This document shows positions 53,602 to 62,194 of a DNA stretch of 64,000 bases, one piece after another. Within the stretch, counting starts at the first letter, position 1. Each line of letters begins with the position of its first letter. The notes below the pieces were generated by a model that was not told the DNA's origin, ran no database searches, and saw only the letters and a list, made by a program, of their open reading frames with translations. The translations under genes and the position numbers were made by a program. This DNA comes from Candidatus Helarchaeota archaeon (GTDB taxonomy: Archaea > Asgardarchaeota > Lokiarchaeia > Helarchaeales > RDOG01): NCBI GenBank assembly GCA_019058315.1, contig JAHPZH010000006.1, forward strand, positions 64,001 to 128,000, written 5' to 3'.

Positions 53602-53964
53602 ATGTCGTATGATGATTTAGTTAACAATATTATGGCGCAAAATCCGTCAATTACGGCTATTGCTATCGAAAGTAACGGGGCAATCATTTATCAAACATCT
53701 AATTGGGATCTTTCGGGAGATATTTCATCGGTAATTGGTCTATGGAGCTCAAGTCAAGGTGGTGGATCACTCAATATTCAAGGAATTAAATATATTTGTT
53801 TAGAAGTAATCCCTGAACGTCTAATTGCTACAAATGTTCAAGGACAAGGACATATCGTAGCTTTTAAAGGAAATAGTGGGAATCGAATAATAACTTACGT
53901 AAGTCCCGATGGCGATGCACGAGGTGCTCTTGCAGTCTTAAACTCAATGGCTGCTTATATTTAA
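53602..53964 (+). CDS. Profilin (Asgard type)
   Basis: 120 aa; YQTSNWD, IQGIKY, ERLIATN..GQGHIV; start placed at MSYDD. Confidence 0.85.
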   Translation: MSYDDLVNNIMAQNPSITAIAIESNGAIIYQTSNWDLSGDISSVIGLWSSSQGGGSLNIQGIKYICLEVIPERLIATNVQGQGHIVAFKGNSGNRIITYVSPDGDARGALAVLNSMAAYI

Positions 53965-54110
53965 TTTCAATTTTGTTATATTTTTTTATTTTCAACAAAT
54001 TATTTAATAAAAAAATTTATTCTTACAATTTTTAATAATTTAGAATTATTTAATTTGAAAATAATTATTTATATTTTAAGAACACAAGATAACATTAGTA
54101 AGTTTTTAGG

Positions 54111-55064
54111 TTGGAAATTATGAGCACTGATAGTAAATTCGTGATTATGTTAGAAATTACTAGTGGAGTTAGTGAAAGACTTCTATTTAATATGGAAAGT
54201 CTGAAAGATGATAATATTGTAGCAATAATGGATGAGATCCATGATGTAATATGGTTATGGATGGGAAAAAACACAGGATTGGTTCAAAGAAGGGGATCTA
54301 TGCGTGCAGCAAGAAGTTTAAAGGCTTATGGTCATGAAATAAGCCCTTATATTGTTGGTAGAAAATTAAAAGATGTGTTAGATGTAAGAGGAGATTCTAT
54401 TGAATCTGATGCGGAACAAAAACAAAGATTTGAACAAGTTTTAAATCTTTTTAATACCGAACATAATTTAAAATTCGAAGGCGTTCTTGCTGAATATACA
54501 GGTATTGGTGCAGGAGCATCTAATATTAAATATGGACTTACAACTGAACAAAGAAGCGAATTAGTAAAAGCGGCTCTTGCTGCACCAACTGCAGGAGATG
54601 ATACCCGAAAAATTGAACAAATTGTTGGAGATTTTCGTCCGCCACCTCCACCAGAATCAAGTACTGCAAAGGTTATCCCTAAATATCAAGAAAATGTATC
54701 TTCTGTTCCAATAAAAACAGCCCCCAAACCAGTTTCACCAACCCCTGCGACCCCAACTAAGACAGTAACAATCCAACAAAGGGCCCCTATAGATGAAAAC
54801 GTTTTAGGTGAAATTAAAGGGTCAATTTTAATAAATGCGATTTTAAGTAAATTTAATGAACTTTTTGTAGGAGTCTCAAAAAGTCCTGATGGTTCAAAAA
54901 CCTATAGCATAGAGGGTCCTAATGGTGAGACTTGTAAATTTAACATAAAAGGGTCTAATTTAAGTTTTTTGCCAGGATCTTGGGAGAAAATTGCTCCTAA
55001 TATAAAACAAGAGATTCAAAAACTGTTTTTAGATCGTGTACAATTACTAATTAAAAATAATTAA
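54111..55064 (+). CDS. Gelsolin-like domain protein with a proline-rich linker
   Basis: D......IWLWMGK.....R...R.A gelsolin-repeat pattern; FRPPPPPES and a Pro/Thr-rich stretch. Confidence 0.6.
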   Translation: MEIMSTDSKFVIMLEITSGVSERLLFNMESLKDDNIVAIMDEIHDVIWLWMGKNTGLVQRRGSMRAARSLKAYGHEISPYIVGRKLKDVLDVRGDSIESDAEQKQRFEQVLNLFNTEHNLKFEGVLAEYTGIGAGASNIKYGLTTEQRSELVKAALAAPTAGDDTRKIEQIVGDFRPPPPPESSTAKVIPKYQENVSSVPIKTAPKPVSPTPATPTKTVTIQQRAPIDENVLGEIKGSILINAILSKFNELFVGVSKSPDGSKTYSIEGPNGETCKFNIKGSNLSFLPGSWEKIAPNIKQEIQKLFLDRVQLLIKNN

Positions 55065-55065
55065 A

Positions 55066-56850
55066 TTATTTTTTATTTTGATTTTGATACATTTGAATTA
55101 ATTCATTTGTGGTTGTAGCATCTTCTGGATTTTTATCATATCTTATTTGTAAAAACCTTGGAAATCGAATAGATAAGCCTGAATTTTCTCTAAATTCTCC
55201 AAATGCTGCTGAATATGTAGGTGAAAGAGTTATTTCATCTCCCTTAATCTCAATTACGATATTAGGAGAAAAAAGCACATCAGGTTTTATTTCACTTGGT
55301 AATTCTACCCGAGGATCTTTTTCCTGAATTTTGAACGGATCTAGGAGTTCCATAAAAGTTTTTAAGACCTCTTCAGTAAAACCAGATGCAATTTTACAAG
55401 TTGTTTTAAATAAATCTGTATCTTTATCATAAATTGCTCCAAATAAGGCTCCATAGAGCCCAGCCCATTTCCCACGTCCCATATTCCCCCCAACGACAAC
55501 TAAATCAATTGAATCTCCTAGATTTTCTTGATATGAATGTTTAAATTTTATCCACAAAAAGCCTCTTGCGCCTGCTTTGTAAATCGAATCTTTTTGTATT
55601 GATTTTGCTATAACTCCCTCACAACCATCTTTAATTGATTTATCAAAAAACTCATGAAATGGGCTTGGAGAATCTACTATCAAGCTTTTAGCAGTAGATA
55701 TACCATTGTTTTTTATCAATTTTTCTAAATTCTTTCTTCTTTCCAAATATGATTCGTTTAAAAAGCTTTTTCCATTCAAAAATAATAAATCAAAAACGAA
55801 TAATTTGACTTGATATTGCTCTTTGGCTTTATCAACATCATATTTTCTACGTCGATGCATTAATTCTTGAAATGGTTTAAACTTATTATTTGCTATATCA
55901 TAAGCTACACATTCGCCCTCAATTATTAATTGATTAACATCGATGTCTTGGATATATTCTCGAACATCAGGAAATTGTTCAGTTAATTTTTCGAGGTTTC
56001 TAGAATATAATACAATTTTTTCACCATCTTTATGAGCTTGTATTCGTATTCCATCATATTTATATTCCAGAGCACATTTCCCCCCCAATTTCTCTAAAAT
56101 TTCTTCAGGTGTTGCCAATCTCTGTGCTAACATCATCCTAATAGGAGTTCCAATTTGGATTTTAATATTTTTAATAGCTAAAATACCCTTTTCCGCCAAT
56201 TCTTTTGCTATATACCCTAAATCACAACGAACATTGTAAGCATTTTCAATTATTTCTTTGTTTGCTTTTTCATCTGTGAAAGCAATAGCTAATGCTTCAA
56301 TCATAGTCATTTCGGCAATTCCAACCCTAAGTTTTCCTTCTATTGTTCTAATTATCCATTTAGCTTCCTTAGGAGAAGCATTACTAAGTAATGAAGCAAG
56401 AGACTTCATTTTACGTTCTTGAGACCCTGCTCCAGAATAGGTTCTCATGTTTTCAAATGTTGAATAAACTTGAGATATTGTTAATGGTTTTGGTTTAATA
56501 AGTGTCATTTGTTTTTTTCCTTTTAATGTCCCAACATAGGATCCTAAGTCAATTGCTTTTTTTTCAGATGATAATCCACTTATTTTTTTTATTTGCCTTT
56601 CAATTTTTTTTACAGGAACCCCAAAAGATGTCGATATAGTTTTTATTGCCAATTTTTCGGCCATGCCTATCTCTGGTTTTCCAATCCAACTCGGTTCTCC
56701 TAATGTTAAATAAATAATTATATCAATTAGTTCAGTTGGAGTTATTTTTATTAAATCAACTAAATGGTCTATCATTTCTAACCTTTTAGTCGTATTTTCT
56801 AATTTTTCATATGTAGACACTAAGTCAAGGTATTTCATAAAAACACGCAA
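55066..56850 (-). CDS. lig: ATP-dependent DNA ligase
   Basis: EYKYDG.R, EGE, FDLL, EG..AK, W.KFK, RFPRF. Confidence 0.97.
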   Translation of the reverse strand: MRVFMKYLDLVSTYEKLENTTKRLEMIDHLVDLIKITPTELIDIIIYLTLGEPSWIGKPEIGMAEKLAIKTISTSFGVPVKKIERQIKKISGLSSEKKAIDLGSYVGTLKGKKQMTLIKPKPLTISQVYSTFENMRTYSGAGSQERKMKSLASLLSNASPKEAKWIIRTIEGKLRVGIAEMTMIEALAIAFTDEKANKEIIENAYNVRCDLGYIAKELAEKGILAIKNIKIQIGTPIRMMLAQRLATPEEILEKLGGKCALEYKYDGIRIQAHKDGEKIVLYSRNLEKLTEQFPDVREYIQDIDVNQLIIEGECVAYDIANNKFKPFQELMHRRRKYDVDKAKEQYQVKLFVFDLLFLNGKSFLNESYLERRKNLEKLIKNNGISTAKSLIVDSPSPFHEFFDKSIKDGCEGVIAKSIQKDSIYKAGARGFLWIKFKHSYQENLGDSIDLVVVGGNMGRGKWAGLYGALFGAIYDKDTDLFKTTCKIASGFTEEVLKTFMELLDPFKIQEKDPRVELPSEIKPDVLFSPNIVIEIKGDEITLSPTYSAAFGEFRENSGLSIRFPRFLQIRYDKNPEDATTTNELIQMYQNQNKK

Positions 56851-56852
56851 AA

Positions 56853-58115
56853 TTATTTATCTTGAAAGAAAAGACTTTGAATTTCTTTTAATGCAATTTT
56901 TTCGATAATTCTAGCAGAATAATTAGTATTTTTTGCTACATTTATAAGGTCATCAAATTCGGGTTTTATTTGAATAATTTCTCCATTATTGTTTTTTACT
57001 ATTTTTATTTTTATTTTCCATTTTTTATTATCTATATCAATTTTGATCTCTTTAATTTCTCGATTAAGAATAAATCTTTTACAAGGATAAACACGAACTC
57101 CTAAAGTTCCTGTTTCATTCATCAATATTTTTATTAACTCTTCTTGATTTATTGAATTCGTAATAACTTTTATAATATGTCCTGGGCGATTTTTTTTAGT
57201 AATCATAGGAATTATACTTACATCCTTAGCATTACCTTCATCAATTAATTTTTTAATTGTATGACCAAGAATTTCACCTGAAACATCATCTATATTAGTT
57301 TCTAATACAATAATTTCATCAGTATCTGAAAATATTTCTTTTTGATAACCAGTTATAACCCTCATTATATTTGGAATATTGGAAAAGGTTTTTGAGCCAG
57401 CTCCATAACCTATAGATTTTATCTTCATATTAGGAAAGCTTGAAATTGATTTTATTTTTAAACTTGCTATAATTGCAGCTCCAGTAGGTGTAGTCAATTC
57501 TTCATTAATATCCCCACCAGTGATTTCAATATTATTTGAAGAAAGAATTTCTAATGTAGCAGGTGCGGGAGCTGATATTATACCATGAGAAAATTTAATC
57601 TTTCCACTACCAACTGCAACAGGTAATACAAACCAAGTTACATTATTAAATAAATTTAAGCTTTCCAATGCTGTCGCTGATCCAATAGAATCAATTAATG
57701 TATCAGCTGAACCTGTTTCATGCAAATGTACTTTCTCTATAGTAGTATTATGTACTTTAGCTTCAGTTTTTATCAAAGTCTTAACTATTGATAATGCATA
57801 TTGTTTGGCCATATCTGTTAATTTTAAATTGTTTAAACATTTTTCAGTAATTTTAATTAATTCAATTCCAGTTCGATGATATTTTTTTTCTGAAAATTTT
57901 ATTTGAATTCTTTTTGCATGAAATTGCTCTATTTTATTATTATTTAAAGATAGAGAAATATCTGAAACTCCTTCTAAATAGTCTGGTATAATTGATATAT
58001 TATTCTGGATGGATTTAATATTGACCCCAAGATCTATTAAAGCACTTAGAAATTTATCTCCTGATATTCCCGTAGTTTGACAGTCGATAATAGCGATATT
58101 TGGATTAGTCATCAA
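56853..58115 (-). CDS. larC: Nickel-pincer cofactor Ni insertase LarC
   Basis: GISGD, HLHE, HG...PAPAT, TPTGAA, ETNIDD, KPEFDD. Confidence 0.92.
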   Translation of the reverse strand: MMTNPNIAIIDCQTTGISGDKFLSALIDLGVNIKSIQNNISIIPDYLEGVSDISLSLNNNKIEQFHAKRIQIKFSEKKYHRTGIELIKITEKCLNNLKLTDMAKQYALSIVKTLIKTEAKVHNTTIEKVHLHETGSADTLIDSIGSATALESLNLFNNVTWFVLPVAVGSGKIKFSHGIISAPAPATLEILSSNNIEITGGDINEELTTPTGAAIIASLKIKSISSFPNMKIKSIGYGAGSKTFSNIPNIMRVITGYQKEIFSDTDEIIVLETNIDDVSGEILGHTIKKLIDEGNAKDVSIIPMITKKNRPGHIIKVITNSINQEELIKILMNETGTLGVRVYPCKRFILNREIKEIKIDIDNKKWKIKIKIVKNNNGEIIQIKPEFDDLINVAKNTNYSARIIEKIALKEIQSLFFQDK

Positions 58116-58125
58116 TATGAATCAC

Positions 58126-58938
58126 TTATTTATCTTTTAATTTATTTCTAAATGAAGCTACACGATTTGCAATTTTTGCTGCCATAACTCCTGCTCCAAA
58201 TCCATTATCTATATTAACTACTGCAATTGGAGAACAAGAACTTAGCATTGAATTTAATGCACTAAACCCTTTCTCACTAACACCATAACCTATAGAAGTA
58301 GGAACTCCTATTACTGGAACATCTATAAGGGAGGAAACAACACCTGCTAATAAACCTTCAAAACCCGCACAAACCACAACAACATCTACTTCTGCATCAA
58401 TTAATTTCCTTAAAGGTGGAAAAATTCTATGTAAACCAGCAATACCTACATCATATGAAGTAAATGTTGAACATCCCATAGACTTACAAATAATTTTAAT
58501 TTCTTCAGCAATGGGAATATCTGAAGTACCAGCGGTAATTATCCCAATTTTACCTCCTTTATCTTCAATTTGATATCCCTTTTTCTTTACTACTATTAAT
58601 TTCGCTAATTCATGTACTTCAATTTCTAAGTCTTTTGGTAAAATATTTTGGATTTCAATAGTATGTTCATTTGAAATTTTTGTCATTATAGAGAGATTTT
58701 TAGTTTGGGCAATTTTTATTGCAATTTGAGCTGCTTGTTTTGGATTTTTGCTTGCACTATAAACTATTTCTGGTATTCCAGTTCTAAGTTCCCTTTCCAT
58801 ATCTATATTAACAAAATCTTCTATACTAATTATTCTATTTGCTTTTAATAATCTTTCAGCCTCATCAATTGAGATTTTCCCATTTTTAAAATCTTCTAAA
58901 ATTTCTCTCGAAGTCTTCATTGTTCTTATTTTCTCCAT
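58126..58938 (-). CDS. larB: Nickel-pincer cofactor biosynthesis protein LarB
   Basis: R..RTG.PE, AGTSD, DVGIAG.HR, VPTS.GYG, NIDNGFGA. Confidence 0.93.
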   Translation of the reverse strand: MEKIRTMKTSREILEDFKNGKISIDEAERLLKANRIISIEDFVNIDMERELRTGIPEIVYSASKNPKQAAQIAIKIAQTKNLSIMTKISNEHTIEIQNILPKDLEIEVHELAKLIVVKKKGYQIEDKGGKIGIITAGTSDIPIAEEIKIICKSMGCSTFTSYDVGIAGLHRIFPPLRKLIDAEVDVVVVCAGFEGLLAGVVSSLIDVPVIGVPTSIGYGVSEKGFSALNSMLSSCSPIAVVNIDNGFGAGVMAAKIANRVASFRNKLKDK

Positions 58939-59077
58939 TTTTAAGTTTTAATTGTTATAAAATCTCAAATAAATTTCTTATTTAATACTTTAGAAGTAAA
59001 TTAAAATAATAAATTTCTAATTTTGTTTATATTAATTGAGCGTAGATTTTCGCATTATGTTATTAAATATTTAAATT

Positions 59078-59536
59078 CTAGTGATTATGTTTATGTTTAA
59101 AAACTCTTTTTTTCTCTTCTGATAATAATGGCATAAAAATCTTTTTAATGGATTTTATTTCTGGTCGTTTTTCTAATTCTTCACTCAAAGTGTCTATTGA
59201 TTGTCCTTGCCCTCGAACAGCCATAACCAACATACAGTTTTCTCCGTCTAAATGGATATGTAAAGTTGCATCTATTACATCATAATATTGATGTTGAATT
59301 TCGGTTAATTCATCCATAACTCCAGGTCTTTCTTCATGATTTAATATACAAGTGATTGAACCAGCTTTTAAATTTCCTCCTTCTGCCAATTCTACACTTT
59401 TTTCCTCTATATAATCCCTCATAATCTTTCTAATTGTGTCTGATCTCGACATGTCCTTTTTTTTAATTATTTCATCAAACTCATTTAACAAAGTTTCTGG
59501 TAAAGAAACCGTAAATCGTTGATATTTTTTTTTCAA
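59078..59536 (-). CDS. nikR: Nickel-responsive regulator NikR
   Basis: Ribbon-helix-helix RFTVSL...SRS..IR; QH...LHIHL....C. Confidence 0.9.
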   Translation of the reverse strand: MKKKYQRFTVSLPETLLNEFDEIIKKKDMSRSDTIRKIMRDYIEEKSVELAEGGNLKAGSITCILNHEERPGVMDELTEIQHQYYDVIDATLHIHLDGENCMLVMAVRGQGQSIDTLSEELEKRPEIKSIKKIFMPLLSEEKKRVFKHKHNH

Positions 59537-59579
59537 ATCATTTTCCTCCCAAATTGTTCAAATTTTTTAATAAAATAAA

Positions 59580-60302
59580 TTATTTCAAGCATAATACCGC
59601 AACAGGTGTGGATGCTTTTCTCCATTGTGCCATCTTTGAATCTGGGTCATAAGACATGGATATTTCTTTTCTTCCATGATTTCCTACTATCATTATAAGA
59701 GAATTTGGTGCTGCTTGTTTATACATACTCAACATCCACTTATCTGTCCTATGGATTAATCTTTTAATTAAGTTCTCAGGAGGACCACGTTTATAAATTG
59801 GATTTTGATATAAATTTTCGAAATCTAGGAAATGTATCCATTGAAAATCAAATCTATTCAAATATTTGGAAGCAGATACCCACGTATTTGTATCCATCTT
59901 AGTGGGAATAACTTTTGATGTTCCTGCATAAGTTATAAGATCTTCTTGTCTACCAATCATTAGAGTTGTTTTGGAATTTTGATTTAAATATGACATAAGA
60001 TTAAAATCTTTATTTTGAAGATCTCCATGAAAAATTTGGTGTAAAACCTCATTAGCAAGAGGTTGCTCAGTTTCTAATAATATTAAAGCTTTAGATTGAC
60101 TTATGACAAATTCGGGTTTGTGAACCACAATCTCAAATAATCCAAAGTTATCTAACATTATCAAAATAATACGTTCTATTGGGGGAGTCTTCATTTGAAT
60201 GGGTTCAGGTAAATTATTTGGAATTGTGATGCCAAATAAGTGTAAAATAGTTGAAGTTAGTGCTGGCATTGGTGCATTAATTGATGGTAAATCATCACTC
60301 AA
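59580..60302 (-). CDS. Degenerate alkaline-phosphatase-fold protein
   Basis: LIMLDNFG and IVGNHG resemble AlkP metal-binding segments. Confidence 0.5.
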   Translation of the reverse strand: MSDDLPSINAPMPALTSTILHLFGITIPNNLPEPIQMKTPPIERIILIMLDNFGLFEIVVHKPEFVISQSKALILLETEQPLANEVLHQIFHGDLQNKDFNLMSYLNQNSKTTLMIGRQEDLITYAGTSKVIPTKMDTNTWVSASKYLNRFDFQWIHFLDFENLYQNPIYKRGPPENLIKRLIHRTDKWMLSMYKQAAPNSLIMIVGNHGRKEISMSYDPDSKMAQWRKASTPVAVLCLK

Positions 60303-60465
60303 GATTAAATCAAACCCTTTTAATCTTTCTTTATTAACTATATTTTGAGATTATTTGTTCCTTATTTATTTTTTTAAAAATATATTTTTTGTGTAATAAG
60401 AAAAAAAAGATATTTTAAAGTATTAAGCAAAATAATACAGAATAATCATATTTTAATGAGTAAAA

Positions 60466-60591
60466 TGGAGCCTCAGCCGGGGAACGATCCCGGGACCTTT
60501 GCCTTTCTGGCAGATATTATTACCAGGGCAACGCTTTACCGTTGAAATTTTCAGATCGGCATGATTTTTCTACCAACTGAGCTACTGAGGC
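60466..60591 (-). tRNA. tRNA-Thr(GGU) with a 34-nt insert at 22/23 (60536-60569, probably two tandem introns) and a 16-nt intron at 37/38 (60505-60520)
   Basis: GCCTCAG/CTGAGGC acceptor stem with U73-CCA; CTGG/CCAG BHB at 37/38; T-loop ATCGTTC. Confidence 0.88.
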
Positions 60592-60601
60592 GTAAATTTA
60601 A

Positions 60602-60758
60602 TGGTGCGGGGGATGGGAGTTTCACCAAAATATATAATATTTCGGATTCGAACCCATGAACTCCTACGAGACAGGATCTTAAGTCCTGCGCCGTTCGGCA
60701 CGTTTGTATGACCCCATACAAGTTGTCTCTTTTGTTTTACCAGCTTGGCTACCCCCGC
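60602..60758 (-). tRNA. tRNA-Leu(UAA) with introns at 21/22 (60694-60736) and 59/60 (60619-60646)
   Basis: Long variable arm; central helices TGGT/GCCG and TTCG/TGAA; encoded CCA. Confidence 0.88.
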
Positions 60759-60868
60759 AAGGGTATTTTATAATATTTATTTTTAGTTTACAAACTATAT
60801 TCTTTTCTAAATTGATTACTCAATATAATTTTTAATGAGATTTTCATATTTAAGATTTAGAATTAAAG

Positions 60869-61067
60869 TGCCGAAGGAGGGCTTTCCGTCCAAATTCTAG
60901 TAGCTATTTGGTTTCGGACCCTCGATCTCCGGAATACGCGTTTATGGAGCTAAATCCGATAACTTTATGAGTCCGGCGCGTATTCTTCTTGATCATAATA
61001 GATCAAGATTTCTAACCAGGTTTCTCTCCAAGAAAGCTGAGCTTTCCGGGACCTAAGCTACTTCGGC
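60869..61067 (-). tRNA. Elongator tRNA-Met(CAU) with four introns: 15/16 (61021-61052), 23/24 (60980-61010), 38/39 (60934-60964), 59/60 (60883-60912)
   Basis: Removing the four hairpin inserts gives GCCGAAG TA GCTT AGCCTGGTTA GAGC G CCGGA CTCATAA TCCGG AGATC GAGGG TCCGAAG CCCTC CTTCGGC A. Confidence 0.82.
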
Positions 61068-61174
61068 TATGTTAATTCTTACAAGCTTTATTAAAATAAC
61101 CTTAGTTTATAGAGTTTACTATTATTTATATTAAACCTTTTTCTTAAAGAAATGAGTAAAACTAATTAAATGAA

Positions 61175-61250
61175 TGGAGCCTCTGGGGGGATTCGAACCC
61201 CCGACCATTGGCTTACAAGGCCAGCGCTCTACCAACTGAGCCACAGAGGC
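61175..61250 (-). tRNA. tRNA-Thr(UGU), intron-less
   Basis: Standard cloverleaf with U73-CCA. Confidence 0.95.
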
Positions 61251-61265
61251 ATTATTTAGATGATA

Positions 61266-61374
61266 TGGTGGGAAAGGTGAGATTTGAACTCACGATCCCG
61301 TGGTTTCTTTTTGATCCTTTACAATTTTCGGATATCCCAAGCCACGAATCATAGCCAAGCTAGACCACTTTCCC
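61266..61374 (-). tRNA. tRNA-Pro(UGG) with a 31-nt intron at 37/38 (61305-61335)
   Basis: GGGAAAG/CTTTCCC acceptor stem; CGTGG/CCACG anticodon stem; relaxed BHB. Confidence 0.9.
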
Positions 61375-61379
61375 ATATT

Positions 61380-61603
61380 TGGTGGGGTTGAAGGGATTTT
61401 CACCGAAATTTCGATTATTTCGGATTTGAACCCTTGATAAGTCCTCTGGATAAAACTCGTTCATCCAAACGAGTTACTCCTAGTGGTACGCTCCAAAATT
61501 ACATCATCTGGAATCAGTATTTTTATTCTATTTTTCTGGAGCCCGTTGTCATACCGTGTTTTCTTAAGCTCACAATATGTGAACACATCTAGACCACAAC
61601 CCC
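61380..61603 (-). tRNA. tRNA-Trp(CCA) with four intron sites: 15/16 (61559-61588), 37/38 (61475-61535), 43/44 (61441-61468), 59/60 (61397-61424)
   Basis: Spliced form: GGGGTTG TG GTC TAGCACGGTAT GAC A ACGGG CTCCAGA CTCGT TTATC AAGGG TTCAAAT CCCTT CAACCCC ACCA. Confidence 0.85.
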
Positions 61604-61650
61604 TTTTTATTCAGCTTTTTTAGGAGGTTTTTATGTGAGAAAATAATATT

Positions 61651-61774
61651 TTACCGTGTTCGGAACGAGAACGGATGGTTCCATTGGCCTATGGCCGACC
61701 ACGAATGATCAGCTAACTGGATTTCTCGTTGGCTCTCGCACAACAGAAGTTCCAATAACGCACCAAATGTTTAA
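61651..61774 (-). rRNA. rrf: 5S rRNA, circularly permuted gene (3' part 61774-61706, UUCG linker 61705-61702, 5' part 61701-61651)
   Basis: The re-ordered halves total 120 nt, fold into 5S helices I-V and contain the conserved CCGAAC loop C. The gene is flanked by a 13-bp stem with a BHB motif. Confidence 0.9.
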
Positions 61775-62194
61775 TTCGGCATATTATTTCCTCTTTTTCT
61801 AAGGCGCCATAAATGTTTTCCGTTTTATTAATCATTTTCCATAATTTAAATTTAAACTTCAATTTTTAAAAATTCTAAAGAATTAATTTAAAATTTTTCT
61901 CCATTACTTTTAACTTATTCTAATTTGAAATTTTATGTAAGCTATTAAACCAATAATTTATTATTTTCATCATATAACTTAATGCTTGACGATTTTAAAT
62001 ATTTGGAATAAAATCCAACTGTGTATTATTAACTTAAAATTATTAGTTTCTTAAAATAAAATAGAAAAATATTCATAAATTGATTTTGTATTCAAAAAAT
62101 ATATCTAAAATTTTTCTAAATTTGTTAAAATTAATAAAATTAGGTGAATTTTACATCCCTATATAATTCAATCAAATAATAATTGTGATTAAAG

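Noticed and set aside
60869-61067. Calling the CAU tRNA initiator Met or Ile2
   Set aside because: The G1-C72 GCC start and CCGGA anticodon stem fit elongator Met; it lacks the A1-U72 pair and the three consecutive G-C anticodon-stem pairs of the initiator.
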